In this document: one piece after another, positions 1 to 9,708 of the stretch
Layout of the letters: the number at the start of each line of letters is the position of its first letter
How positions within the stretch are numbered: position 1 is the stretch's first letter
Assembly: GCA_022801735.1 (NCBI GenBank)
Contig: JAAWSW010000002.1
Span: 1 to 42,570 of the forward strand
DNA: 42,570 nt
Source: Bacilli bacterium
GTDB taxonomy: Bacteria; Bacillota_I; Bacilli_A; RF39; UBA660
Reading direction: 5' to 3'
The notes under the pieces: model-generated
The model's database searches: none
The model's input: the letters and a program-made list of their open reading frames with translations, nothing else
What the model was told of the DNA's origin: nothing
Position numbers and translations under genes: made by a program

Positions 1-492
1 AAAAATATAGTAGGAAGTGCGACTAATGCAGAAGAGCCTTCATGGGAAGATTTAACTGCAACTTTTAAAACTAATTTAGTTAGTCCTGGTGATTCTATAG
101 AGTATGATATAACAATAGAAAATAGAGGAAACTTAAATGCAGTATTAGATAAGATAACATTATCAGATTCAAATAATCCAGCAATTAAATTTACATCAAG
201 TGGATTAGAGGAAGGCACTGAATTAAATGCTGGAGGGATTGCTACCTTAACAGTAAAAGTAGAGTATGATAATAATGTAACAAGTCAGCCAGAAAGTACA
301 GAAGGAACATTTACTGTTACACTAGATTACTCACAAAAAGAAGGTAGTGGTGTAGTTAGTCAAAGTGCGGCAGAGATGTTAATTGCCACTGCAACAGATA
401 GTGGAGATGGATTATATGCAGATGAATATGAGCCTGGAAGATATGTATATAAAGGAGCCAATCCAAACAACTATATAACATTTAATAATGAA
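1..492. repeat. Copy 1 of a direct DNA repeat of about 0.49 kb, shared with 3129-3620 (offset 3128 nt).
   Basis: By-eye alignment: the first 96 nt are identical and the rest is roughly 90% identical. Similarity drops sharply after about nt 492 / 3620. Confidence 0.85.
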
Positions 493-1179
493 CCATGGCG
501 AATTATTTCTGTTGAAGCAGATGGTAGTTTAAAATTAATAAAAATGAATAAAGTGGCAAATATGGCTTTTGATTCACAAGATAATAGAAATACAGGATAT
601 TGTGGTTTAGGTAATGCAACATCTTTTGGATGTAATGCTTGGGCAAAAAGTTCTAATTTGGTAAATGGTAGTTTATCAGGAGCAGTGGATAAAGATTCTG
701 AAGTAAATACTTATTTAAATACAACATATTATAATAGTTTGAGTAATGATATTAAAGATTTAATTGTATCTCATAGTTTTGATGTTGGTCCTGTAGAGGT
801 ATTTAATGATAATCTTACAAATCAAATTTCGTCTGAGAAAAGTATTATATGGAATGGTAAAGTTGGAATGATAACATTCAGTGATTTTTTAAGAGCAAAT
901 TCCAATAAAAATCAATGTGGTAATTTTAGTTTAATTGGTGATAATTCAGAGGTTTGTGCTTCTACAAATTATTTATTATCTTTACCTAAGGAATCTAATG
1001 TATGGATGATTTCGCCTTCATATAATTCTGAATATGATGGATTTACATTCTCATCAAGTAATTTTGGTCCTGGAGATGGAGCAAAAAATATCAATGATAT
1101 TTTACCAATTGTTTATATAAAATCAGATATTACATTATCTGGTAGTGGAACAAGTGCAGAAGAATATACTATAAACTAA
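1..1179 (+). CDS. Secreted/surface protein, family paralog A, 5'-truncated by the window edge. It has a TasA/camelysin-like beta-sandwich-type module plus a Cys-containing C-terminal domain (GDGLY...NPNNYITFN..WRI...WNGK...W(M/L)xSP...LP.VY(I/L)K).
   Basis: Frame 1 is open from nt 1, with no stop before the track's first Met at 376. Nt 1-492 align with 3129-3620 of the full-length paralog. TAA at 1177-1179 is followed by a strong hairpin terminator. Confidence 0.75.
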   Translation, partial: KNIVGSATNAEEPSWEDLTATFKTNLVSPGDSIEYDITIENRGNLNAVLDKITLSDSNNPAIKFTSSGLEEGTELNAGGIATLTVKVEYDNNVTSQPESTEGTFTVTLDYSQKEGSGVVSQSAAEMLIATATDSGDGLYADEYEPGRYVYKGANPNNYITFNNEPWRIISVEADGSLKLIKMNKVANMAFDSQDNRNTGYCGLGNATSFGCNAWAKSSNLVNGSLSGAVDKDSEVNTYLNTTYYNSLSNDIKDLIVSHSFDVGPVEVFNDNLTNQISSEKSIIWNGKVGMITFSDFLRANSNKNQCGNFSLIGDNSEVCASTNYLLSLPKESNVWMISPSYNSEYDGFTFSSSNFGPGDGAKNINDILPIVYIKSDITLSGSGTSAEEYTIN

Positions 1180-1187
1180 TATTTTAT

Positions 1188-1220
1188 AACTATTAACGTA
1201 AATGTTAATAGTTTTTTTAT
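1188..1220 (+). terminator. Intrinsic terminator of paralog A.
   Basis: A 10-bp stem (aactattaac 1188-1197 / gttaatagtt 1204-1213) with a 6-nt loop, followed by a T-run. Confidence 0.8.
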
Positions 1221-1227
1221 TTTTCTT

Positions 1228-2906
<1,679 letters not shown>

Positions 2907-2917
2907 AAAAATAATAG

Positions 2918-2946
2918 TTGTGAAATGTGTAAAAATCAATTATAAT
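2918..2946 (+). promoter_or_regulatory. Candidate SigA promoter of paralog B.
   Basis: TTGTGA (2918-2923), 17 nt, TATAAT (2941-2946). Confidence 0.45.
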
Positions 2947-2969
2947 GGAAATATAATAGGAGGAAAAAT

Positions 2970-4346
2970 ATGACCCAAAGAAAGAAGAATAATATAATAA
3001 TAGGAAGTTTATGTGTAGTAGTATTACTAATGGCAGTAGGATATGCAGCCTTTAGTAGTATACTAAACATAAAAGGAACAAGTAGTATTAGTAGTAACTG
3101 GAAAGTATTAATTACTAATGTAGATGAAAAAAATATAGTAGGAAGTGCGACTAATGCAGAAGAGCCTTCATGGGAAGATTTAACTGCAACTTTTAAAACT
3201 AATTTAGTTAGTCCAGGTGATTCTATTGAGTATGATATAACAATAGAAAATAGAGGAAACTTAAACGCTACATTAGATAAAATAACTTTAAGTGATTCAA
3301 ATAATGAAGCAATCAAATTTACATCAAGTGGATTAGAAGAAGGCAGTGAATTAAATGCAGGAGATAGTGCAACTTTAACCGTAAAAGTAGAGTATGATAA
3401 TAATGTAACAAGTCAGCCAGAAAGTACAGAAGGAACATTTACTGTTACATTAGATTACTCACAAAAAGAAGGTGGCGGAGTAGTTAGTCAAACTGCTGCT
3501 GAGAAATTAATTGCCACTGCAACAGATAGTGGAGATGGATTATATGCAGATGAATATGAGCCTGGAAGATATGTATATAAAGGAGGAAATCCAAATAATT
3601 ATATAACATTTAATAATGAAAGTTGGAGAATTTTATCAGTAGAGAATGATGGAACATTAAAAATTATGAGAGGTACAAGTATTGGTAGTAAGGAATTTGA
3701 TTCACAAAATTATAGAGATGAAAATAGTAATGGTGCAGGAGGAACATACTGCGCCCAAAGTAGTTATGGATGTAATGCATGGGCAATAGTTGATAATTTT
3801 GAAAATAATAATATATCAGGGACTGTATTGAGGGATGCTGAAATAAATACATATTTGAATGAAAGTTATTATTCATCATTAACAGAAACTGCACAAATTC
3901 AAATTCAAAGTTATAATTGGGATATTGGACCAGTTGCAGGTAGCGGAGAAAATGGTGCGTTTAATTTGTCTTCTATGGTTACTAATTCTAAAAAATATTT
4001 GTGGAATGGTAATGTTGCTTTATTTAGTCCTATTGACTTTTTAAAAGCCAATAGTAATGTGGATAAATGTCTTACTTCTACAAATATATCGTCTGGTGAA
4101 TGCGATTCTACAAATTATATAAGTGTTATTGTTAAGAAGTTACCTAATCAATCTATAAGGATGCTTTCTCCATATTTGTGGGATGCTAGTTCTGTATGGT
4201 ATTTATATGGTGTATATGGTGGCGTAGATCTTATGAGTTCTGCAGCACGTGTTAGTGTTGACATTTTTCCAACACTTTATCTAAAATCTAATATTTCTTT
4301 AGATGGAGAAGGAACAAGTTCAAATCCATATACAATAGTTTCTTAA
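2970..4346 (+). CDS. Secreted/surface protein, family paralog B (full length). It has a signal peptide ending VGYA|AF (TasA/SipW-cognate-like), a beta-sandwich-type module, and the Cys-containing C-terminal domain.
   Basis: SD aggagg lies 6 nt upstream. N-terminal K-rich segment plus hydrophobic segment. LVSPGDSIEYDITIENRGNLNATL resembles the TasA-type strand pattern. The C-terminal domain is shared with 1-1179 and 20925-21809. Confidence 0.85.
   Translation: MTQRKKNNIIIGSLCVVVLLMAVGYAAFSSILNIKGTSSISSNWKVLITNVDEKNIVGSATNAEEPSWEDLTATFKTNLVSPGDSIEYDITIENRGNLNATLDKITLSDSNNEAIKFTSSGLEEGSELNAGDSATLTVKVEYDNNVTSQPESTEGTFTVTLDYSQKEGGGVVSQTAAEKLIATATDSGDGLYADEYEPGRYVYKGGNPNNYITFNNESWRILSVENDGTLKIMRGTSIGSKEFDSQNYRDENSNGAGGTYCAQSSYGCNAWAIVDNFENNNISGTVLRDAEINTYLNESYYSSLTETAQIQIQSYNWDIGPVAGSGENGAFNLSSMVTNSKKYLWNGNVALFSPIDFLKANSNVDKCLTSTNISSGECDSTNYISVIVKKLPNQSIRMLSPYLWDASSVWYLYGVYGGVDLMSSAARVSVDIFPTLYLKSNISLDGEGTSSNPYTIVS
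3129..3620. repeat. Copy 2 of the direct repeat of about 0.49 kb (see 1-492).
   Basis: Same alignment as for 1-492. Confidence 0.85.
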
Positions 4347-4385
4347 AATTATATATTTTGTATTAACAAATAATAATAATAAAAA

Positions 4386-4411
4386 CCTCAGTATTAAACT
4401 GAGGCTTTTTT
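4386..4411. terminator. Bidirectional intrinsic terminator between convergent genes.
   Basis: A 7-bp stem (cctcagt 4386-4392 / actgagg 4398-4404), with an A-run upstream and a T-run downstream. Confidence 0.8.
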
Positions 4412-5054
4412 ATACATCTTTTTTATTTTCAAATATTTTATCTAATCGTTCATCGGGATATTTTTCATCTAAAAATACTTCTATTTTATTATTTGGTGCT
4501 ATTCCTTGTTTTCTTTCATATTGTCTTATGCTTGCAGATATTGAAATAACAGCGTCAACTATTATAAATACTAGTAATAATACAGTAGTGATATTACCAA
4601 TTTTTATTGGTGTTTTTTCTATGCCTTTTGATAAGTATGGATAGATGATTTTGGTAAATATAATTCCTAATATTCCCCAATAAAACATATAAGTTAAACT
4701 TGTTCTTCCGTTGAAGTTAAATGGTTTATTACTGTAATCCCATGATATGGTTCCAAATATATATTCTTGAATTATTGAGCATATATATTCACATCCACCA
4801 CCCAATAGGGCTGCTCCTATAAATATCATAAAAACATTTTCTTGTTTGTTTAAAAATAGAGCAAATATGGCAGCACCAAATCCATAAACAGGATTTAATG
4901 GACCATATATTAAACCTCGTCTTGAAACTAAATCGCCAGTTTTTAAAAATGTTAGAAACATTTCAAAGATGCAGCCGAAAATACAACCGATAATAAAAAT
5001 CCAAAATATTTTTTTCCAGCACATGCCTTCTGCAAAAACTTTTTTTTCTTTCAT
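4410..5054 (-). CDS. Polytopic membrane protein. By recall it resembles the 'putative ABC-transporter type IV' (DUF1113-like) family.
   Basis: Multiple TM segments. The motif RGLIYGPLNPVYGFGA is typical of that family. Start re-called to MKEKK (ATG 5054-5052) with a GGTGG SD. This is the only convincing minus-strand gene. Confidence 0.7.
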   Translation of the reverse strand: MKEKKVFAEGMCWKKIFWIFIIGCIFGCIFEMFLTFLKTGDLVSRRGLIYGPLNPVYGFGAAIFALFLNKQENVFMIFIGAALLGGGCEYICSIIQEYIFGTISWDYSNKPFNFNGRTSLTYMFYWGILGIIFTKIIYPYLSKGIEKTPIKIGNITTVLLLVFIIVDAVISISASIRQYERKQGIAPNNKIEVFLDEKYPDERLDKIFENKKDV

Positions 5055-5166
5055 ACAACCACCTTTTGTTATAGGATATGGTATATGTATAAAAAAGTAT
5101 AAATCATACAACCATAAATCATTTTTAGTATATCTATTTTTGAATTTGATGTCAAACCTGTATTTA

Positions 5167-5195
5167 TTGTATAAATTATGTAAGTTTGGTATAAT
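5167..5195 (+). promoter_or_regulatory. Candidate SigA promoter of cls.
   Basis: TTGTAT (5167-5172), 17 nt, TGgTATAAT extended -10 (5190-5195). Confidence 0.5.
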
Positions 5196-5218
5196 CTAAG
5201 TATATAGTTGGTGATGGT

Positions 5219-6763
5219 ATGAAATACTTGGGAAAGATAATGAACTTTTTGACACATAGAGCAGTGCTTGGAATTTTATTATTAGGTGTACAATTGGTTT
5301 TGCTTACTTTAATGTTTTTACATTTTAATGTAACTTTTGTTTATTTTTATATTTTTAGTTATATACTAGGAATTTTAATGAGTCTTTATATTATTAATGG
5401 CAATACTAATCCTGGTTATAAAATGGCTTGGCTTTGGATATTTTTAGTTTTTCCTTTGTTTGGAATATTATTTTATTTTATATTCGGTGGGGTTCAATTA
5501 AGTAAGAGAGAAAAAAATAAATTAAAAGAAATTTATGATCATCAAAAGAAAAATTTAATTCAAAATGATGATGTTGTGGATGAACTTAAGGTTTTAAATT
5601 TAGAGGCATATAATCAGGCTAATTATATTACTAAGTATTCACTTTCTCCAGTTTGTAAGAATACAGAATATGAATATTTTAAGATAGGTGAGGAATACTA
5701 TAAACGATTACTTGAAGAGTTATCAAAGGCTAAAAAATATATTTTTATGGAGTTTTTTATTGTTGCTTCGGGTAAGATGTGGGATAGTGTTTTGGAAATA
5801 TTAAAACAGAAAGTTAAAGAGGGAGTAGAGGTTAGATTTATGTATGATGATTTAGGATGTATTATGTTACTTCCTAATCATTATTATAAGACTTTAGAAA
5901 GTTATGGAATAAAGGCTTGTACTTTTAATCGTTTTATTCCTATTTTGCGTAGTAAATTTAATAATCGTGATCATCGTAAGATTGTAGTTATTGATGGTTA
6001 TGTTGCTTTTACTGGCGGGATTAATTTAGCCGATGAATATATTAATGAAATTGAAAAGTATGGTCATTGGAAAGATAATGGGGTAATGCTTAAAGGCGAA
6101 GCCGTTTATAATATGGCTATTATGTTTATGTCGATGTGGGATTTTGTTAATGGGTCTAATTATAGTTATAGTAAGTATAGGCCTGATGAAAAGTATTTAC
6201 AGACTATTTGTGATGATGGTTTTGTAATTCCATATTGTGATAATCCATGGGATCATGAAGCGGCTGGTGAAACTATTTATCTTAATTTGATAAATAAAGC
6301 AAGTAAATATATTTATATTACGACACCTTATTTAATTATTGATAATGAGATGATGACATGTTTATGTATTGCGGCTAAAAATGGAATTGATATTCGGATA
6401 ATTACACCTAGTATTCCTGATAAGAAAATGATTAATGAGGTTACTAAGGCTTATTATGATGAACTTATTCAAAGTGGAGTTAGAATATTTGAATATGAAC
6501 CTGGGTTTATTCATGCGAAAACTTTTATTGTTGATGATGAATATGCAACAGTTGGAACAGTAAATCTTGATTATCGTAGTTTATATTTACATTTCGAAAA
6601 TGGTGTATGGTTTTATAAGGCTAGTATAATTGATGATATAAAGAAAGATTATATGGAAACTTTAGAAAAATCTAAAGAGATTCATTTGGATAATAAAAAG
6701 AAATTAAATAGAATTCAAAAATTGAAAAGACAAATTTTAATGGCGTTTGCGCCACTGATGTAA
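5219..6763 (+). CDS. cls: Cardiolipin synthase (two PLD/HKD domains).
   Basis: N-terminal TM helices. HKD motifs HRKIVVIDG...GGINL and HAKTFIVDDEYATVGTVNLD. Confidence 0.93.
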   Translation: MKYLGKIMNFLTHRAVLGILLLGVQLVLLTLMFLHFNVTFVYFYIFSYILGILMSLYIINGNTNPGYKMAWLWIFLVFPLFGILFYFIFGGVQLSKREKNKLKEIYDHQKKNLIQNDDVVDELKVLNLEAYNQANYITKYSLSPVCKNTEYEYFKIGEEYYKRLLEELSKAKKYIFMEFFIVASGKMWDSVLEILKQKVKEGVEVRFMYDDLGCIMLLPNHYYKTLESYGIKACTFNRFIPILRSKFNNRDHRKIVVIDGYVAFTGGINLADEYINEIEKYGHWKDNGVMLKGEAVYNMAIMFMSMWDFVNGSNYSYSKYRPDEKYLQTICDDGFVIPYCDNPWDHEAAGETIYLNLINKASKYIYITTPYLIIDNEMMTCLCIAAKNGIDIRIITPSIPDKKMINEVTKAYYDELIQSGVRIFEYEPGFIHAKTFIVDDEYATVGTVNLDYRSLYLHFENGVWFYKASIIDDIKKDYMETLEKSKEIHLDNKKKLNRIQKLKRQILMAFAPLM

Positions 6764-6774
6764 GGAGTGATTTT

Positions 6775-7053
6775 ATGAAAAAAGTATTTGTTTTAGGAAT
6801 TTGTGTGTTTATGTTATGTGGATGTTCAGTAACTGAGAAATTTGAATGTACTGTTGAAGGTAAGAATGCGAAGATAACTTTAAAAGATGGAATGATTAGT
6901 AGTTATTCTTTGGATGGTCTTAAAATGAGCAGACAAGAGATTGATGAAATTAATGGTGAATACTTTACTGGAGTTGCTTCGCCTGAAGATGGCAGAAGAG
7001 CACTTCAAAATTATGTAGCAACATCTAATGGTAGTTGTAATATGGGTGACTAG
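6775..7053 (+). CDS. Small lipoprotein of unknown function.
   Basis: MKKVFVLGICVFMLCGCSV has a lipobox-like L-C-G-C. SD aaggag is upstream. Confidence 0.6.
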   Translation: MKKVFVLGICVFMLCGCSVTEKFECTVEGKNAKITLKDGMISSYSLDGLKMSRQEIDEINGEYFTGVASPEDGRRALQNYVATSNGSCNMGD

Positions 7054-7055
7054 AT

Positions 7056-8195
7056 ATGAAGGCATGGAAGTATGTTTTATTAGTTTTTAGTGTGGTTATT
7101 ATTGTTTTTGGAATATTATTATTTTTAGATAAAGGTGATAATGTTAAACAAAGGAAGCCTTTGAAGGAAGAGATTAAAGAAACTAAACTTAGTTTAGTGA
7201 TGGTTGGAGATGCACTTCTTCATAGTTCTGTTTATAATGATGCTTATAATAATGGGGTATATGATTTTACTAATCAATTAGAGTTTATAAGTCCTATTAT
7301 TAAAAATTATGATTTAGCTTTTTATAATCAGGAAACGGTATTAGGTGGGACTGGTATTGGTTTATCTGATTATCCAGCATTTAATTCACCTCAGGAATTT
7401 GGAGATGCGATGATTAAGTCTGGCTTTAATATTATTAATTTGGCTACTAATCATACATTAGATAGAGGTGAAAAGGCTATTTTGAATCAATCTGCCTATT
7501 TTAAGGATAAGGATGTTTTAACTGCTGGAAGTTATAGTTCTTTTGATGATGCTTCTAAGATAATTATTAAAGAAAAAAATGGAATTAAATATGCATTACT
7601 TTCTTATACTTATGGAACTAATGGAATAAGGATTCCTGCAGGTAAAGAGTATTTGGTTAATTTATATAGTGATGAGCAGGCTAAACGTGATATTGAAGCC
7701 GTTCGTGGGAAGGTGGATTTACTTTTAGTTTCTATGCACTGGGGGGTAGAATATCGTCATGAACCTACTAGTGAGCAAAAAAGACAAGCAGAGTATTTAT
7801 CTTCTTTAGGGGCAGATATTATTATTGGAACTCATCCTCATGTTGTAGAGCCTGTTACTTATATAGGTGATACTTTGGTTATTTATTCTTTAGGTAATTT
7901 TATTTCAGCACAATCTACTAATAATGATTTTAATACTATGGTGGAACTGATGAGTAGTGTAGATGTTATAAAGACTACTAAGGACGGTAAAAGTTCTATT
8001 AAACTTGATAATTTGAATAATGAACTTTTATATAATTATTATAAAAAAGGTGGAGGTAAGTGGTATAACTTTAGAGTTATTCCATTTAGTCAAATGAATA
8101 CTGAATATAATAGTGAATATAAAAGGTTATATGATAAATATGGAAAAGTAATTAAGATGTATGATGAAAATATACCTTTAAAGGGCATTTCTTAA
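7056..8195 (+). CDS. CapA/PGA_cap-family metallophosphoesterase-like membrane-anchored protein.
   Basis: N-terminal TM anchor. Motifs VMVGD, NLATNHTLD, HWGVEY and GTHPHV. Confidence 0.85.
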   Translation: MKAWKYVLLVFSVVIIVFGILLFLDKGDNVKQRKPLKEEIKETKLSLVMVGDALLHSSVYNDAYNNGVYDFTNQLEFISPIIKNYDLAFYNQETVLGGTGIGLSDYPAFNSPQEFGDAMIKSGFNIINLATNHTLDRGEKAILNQSAYFKDKDVLTAGSYSSFDDASKIIIKEKNGIKYALLSYTYGTNGIRIPAGKEYLVNLYSDEQAKRDIEAVRGKVDLLLVSMHWGVEYRHEPTSEQKRQAEYLSSLGADIIIGTHPHVVEPVTYIGDTLVIYSLGNFISAQSTNNDFNTMVELMSSVDVIKTTKDGKSSIKLDNLNNELLYNYYKKGGGKWYNFRVIPFSQMNTEYNSEYKRLYDKYGKVIKMYDENIPLKGIS

Positions 8196-8221
8196 GTGAA
8201 ATGCTTTTTGAAAATAAGGAT

Positions 8222-8249
8222 TTGACATTTAGAGAAAATGTGTTAAAAT
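8222..8249 (+). promoter_or_regulatory. SigA promoter inside the 5' extension of track ORF 8201.
   Basis: TTGACA (8222-8227), 16 nt, TGtTAAAAT (8241-8249). Confidence 0.6.
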
Positions 8250-8275
8250 ATTGGACCTTTGAAAGGAGAATGTAT

Positions 8276-9451
8276 ATGACTTTATATGAGGAATATGAAA
8301 ATGGACTTAATCCTGTGGTATATACTCAAAGAGCATATAAAAATTTGGTTCGTGCGATTTTATTAACTGCAGATGCAGAAGATTTATATGATGAAAGAGA
8401 TATAAAAATAATTTGGGAGGCTATACTGGATAATGGTGATATTGTATTTATTACTGAAAAAAATGGGGCTAGGGATTTAGTTAGAAATTCTTTTAAAATG
8501 TATGGGGATTTTATTGATTCTAGACTTTTAGCCATGATTCGTGATTATAAAGAGGAAAGCATTTTTGATTTTCTTTCTATGCACCTTTTCAAAAAGGAAA
8601 TAACTAGAGAAGACGATAGAGTGCTTCAAAGCCATTTTGTTTCTTCAAAGGATTCAGGTTTTATGGACTGTGCATCTACTACTGGAATCAGAAGAAAAAA
8701 TAATGAGGATTTTACTGGTTGTTTAGTGTCTTCTTTAAATGAAAATATTAAATTATTAATAGTATGTGATGGAATGGGCGGATTTAATAATGGGGCTGAG
8801 GCTTCTAAAATAGTGGCAGAAGAAATTATTAATTGGTTTAACTCTTATGATTTTAGTTTAGGTTTTGATAATATTGAAACTGAAATTCAAAAGATTATAG
8901 AAAGTGCGAGAACTATTATTAAGAAACACTACTTTATGTCGGGAACTACACTTACGTTTGCTCTTGTAGGTGAGAGGGAAACATTTATTTGTAATGTTGG
9001 TGATTCTAGAGCATATATAATAAAAGATGGAAGTTTAATGCAGGTAACTAGAGATGATTCTGAGGTATGGGAAAAATTTTATGACCGAGAGAATCCTAAT
9101 GATTTATATTCATATAAAAAAGATGATTTGAGATTTTTACCTGGTAATAATGTTCTTACTAGTGCAGTTGATGATTATGTGGTGCCACCAGTTTTGAATA
9201 CATTTTATATTTCTAATAGTTTATATGATAGTATTTTACTTACAACTGATGGAGTGACTGATATATTATCTGATGAGACAATAATTAGAATTTTTAATGA
9301 AACTGAAGATAAAGATATTTTAGATAAACTTTTATATGAGTCTTGTTATGGAGATCCAGACTTTCCACCAACTAATTATGATGAATTTTTGCATTCTATT
9401 TTACCTGGAAAGGATAATGCTTCAGGTGCGGTTTATATAAAGAAAAAATAA
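8276..9451 (+). CDS. PP2C-family Ser/Thr phosphatase with an uncharacterised N-terminal domain of about 135 aa.
   Basis: PP2C motifs RRKNNEDF, VCDGMGG, NVGDSRAY and LTTDGVTD. Start re-called to M26 (AAGGAG lies 7 nt upstream, and a promoter lies within the longer ORF). Confidence 0.8.
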   Translation: MTLYEEYENGLNPVVYTQRAYKNLVRAILLTADAEDLYDERDIKIIWEAILDNGDIVFITEKNGARDLVRNSFKMYGDFIDSRLLAMIRDYKEESIFDFLSMHLFKKEITREDDRVLQSHFVSSKDSGFMDCASTTGIRRKNNEDFTGCLVSSLNENIKLLIVCDGMGGFNNGAEASKIVAEEIINWFNSYDFSLGFDNIETEIQKIIESARTIIKKHYFMSGTTLTFALVGERETFICNVGDSRAYIIKDGSLMQVTRDDSEVWEKFYDRENPNDLYSYKKDDLRFLPGNNVLTSAVDDYVVPPVLNTFYISNSLYDSILLTTDGVTDILSDETIIRIFNETEDKDILDKLLYESCYGDPDFPPTNYDEFLHSILPGKDNASGAVYIKKK

Positions 9452-9466
9452 AAATTAAATAAAAAC

Positions 9467-9495
9467 TTGACAAAGTTACAAAAATAGTGTAAATT
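9467..9495 (+). promoter_or_regulatory. SigA promoter of the leader and M20-GNAT operon.
   Basis: TTGACA (9467-9472), 17 nt, TAAATT (9490-9495). Confidence 0.55.
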
Positions 9496-9526
9496 ATGTA
9501 GCAAGTCACAGAAAGGAAAGATTACA

Positions 9527-9568
9527 ATGAAATTATTCCAAGTTAACAATCGCAGACGCTTAAGTTAG
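9527..9568 (+). CDS. Candidate leader peptide MKLFQVNNRRRLS.
   Basis: A 13-codon ORF inside the leader, with a purine-rich aaaggaaag upstream. Three consecutive Arg codons (CGC AGA CGC, 9551-9559) form one strand of a leader helix. Confidence 0.3.
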   Translation: MKLFQVNNRRRLS

Positions 9569-9658
9569 TACTTGACTGAAACGATAAAATGATCGTGGAT
9601 GCAAGTACTGTTTGTGTTGCTTGTATCTGCGAGGGAATAATTTAGTAATTAATTATAG

Positions 9659-9689
9659 ACCCCATGCTTATACAGGCATGGGGTTTTTG
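9659..9689 (+). terminator. Leader terminator upstream of the M20 gene.
   Basis: A 9-bp stem (accccatgc 9659-9667 / gcatggggt 9676-9684) followed by ttttt. The SD gaggagg of the M20 gene starts 8 nt later. Confidence 0.8.
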
Positions 9690-9708
9690 AATATAAGAGG
9701 AGGATATT

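Larger units (their letters stand above)
9502..9689 (+). promoter_or_regulatory. Structured 5' leader of unassigned class (riboswitch or attenuator) ending in an intrinsic terminator.
   Basis: Nested helices: attac 9521-9525 / gtaat 9645-9649; aaattattcc 9530-9539 / ggaataattt 9634-9643; cgcaga 9551-9556 / tctgcg 9626-9631; agtacttg 9567-9574 / caagtact 9602-9609; acgat 9581-9585 / atcgt 9592-9596. The terminator follows at 9659-9689. Confidence 0.6.

Noticed and set aside
2936-3316. 126-aa minus-strand ORF, and similar antisense ORFs at 3664-3894, 6880-7065, 8326-8535, 11970-12209, 12276-12473, 14380-14607, 14752-14940, 20294-20482, 23672-23878, 31294-31476, 33952-34326, 35241-35486 and 40967-41272.
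   Set aside because: All lie antisense to CDSs with strong family motifs. They have low-complexity L/S/I/F-rich translations typical of AT-rich antisense frames, and no SD or promoter.
4969-5257. Short ORFs 4969-5199 (+) and 5069-5257 (-) in the divergent intergenic region.
   Set aside because: They overlap the real membrane-protein gene and the cls promoter region. Their translations are low complexity and they have no SD.
9502-9689. The leader interpreted as a T-box, a lysine (L-box) riboswitch or 6S RNA.
   Set aside because: I find no T-box sequence (AAUNNGGGUGGNACCNCG-like) or specifier/GA-motif arrangement. There are no L-box conserved blocks (AGAGGNGC...GCCGAAG). A 6S-like rod is conceivable, but the element ends in a terminator directly abutting a gene's SD, which fits a cis-acting leader better. 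The class is left unassigned.
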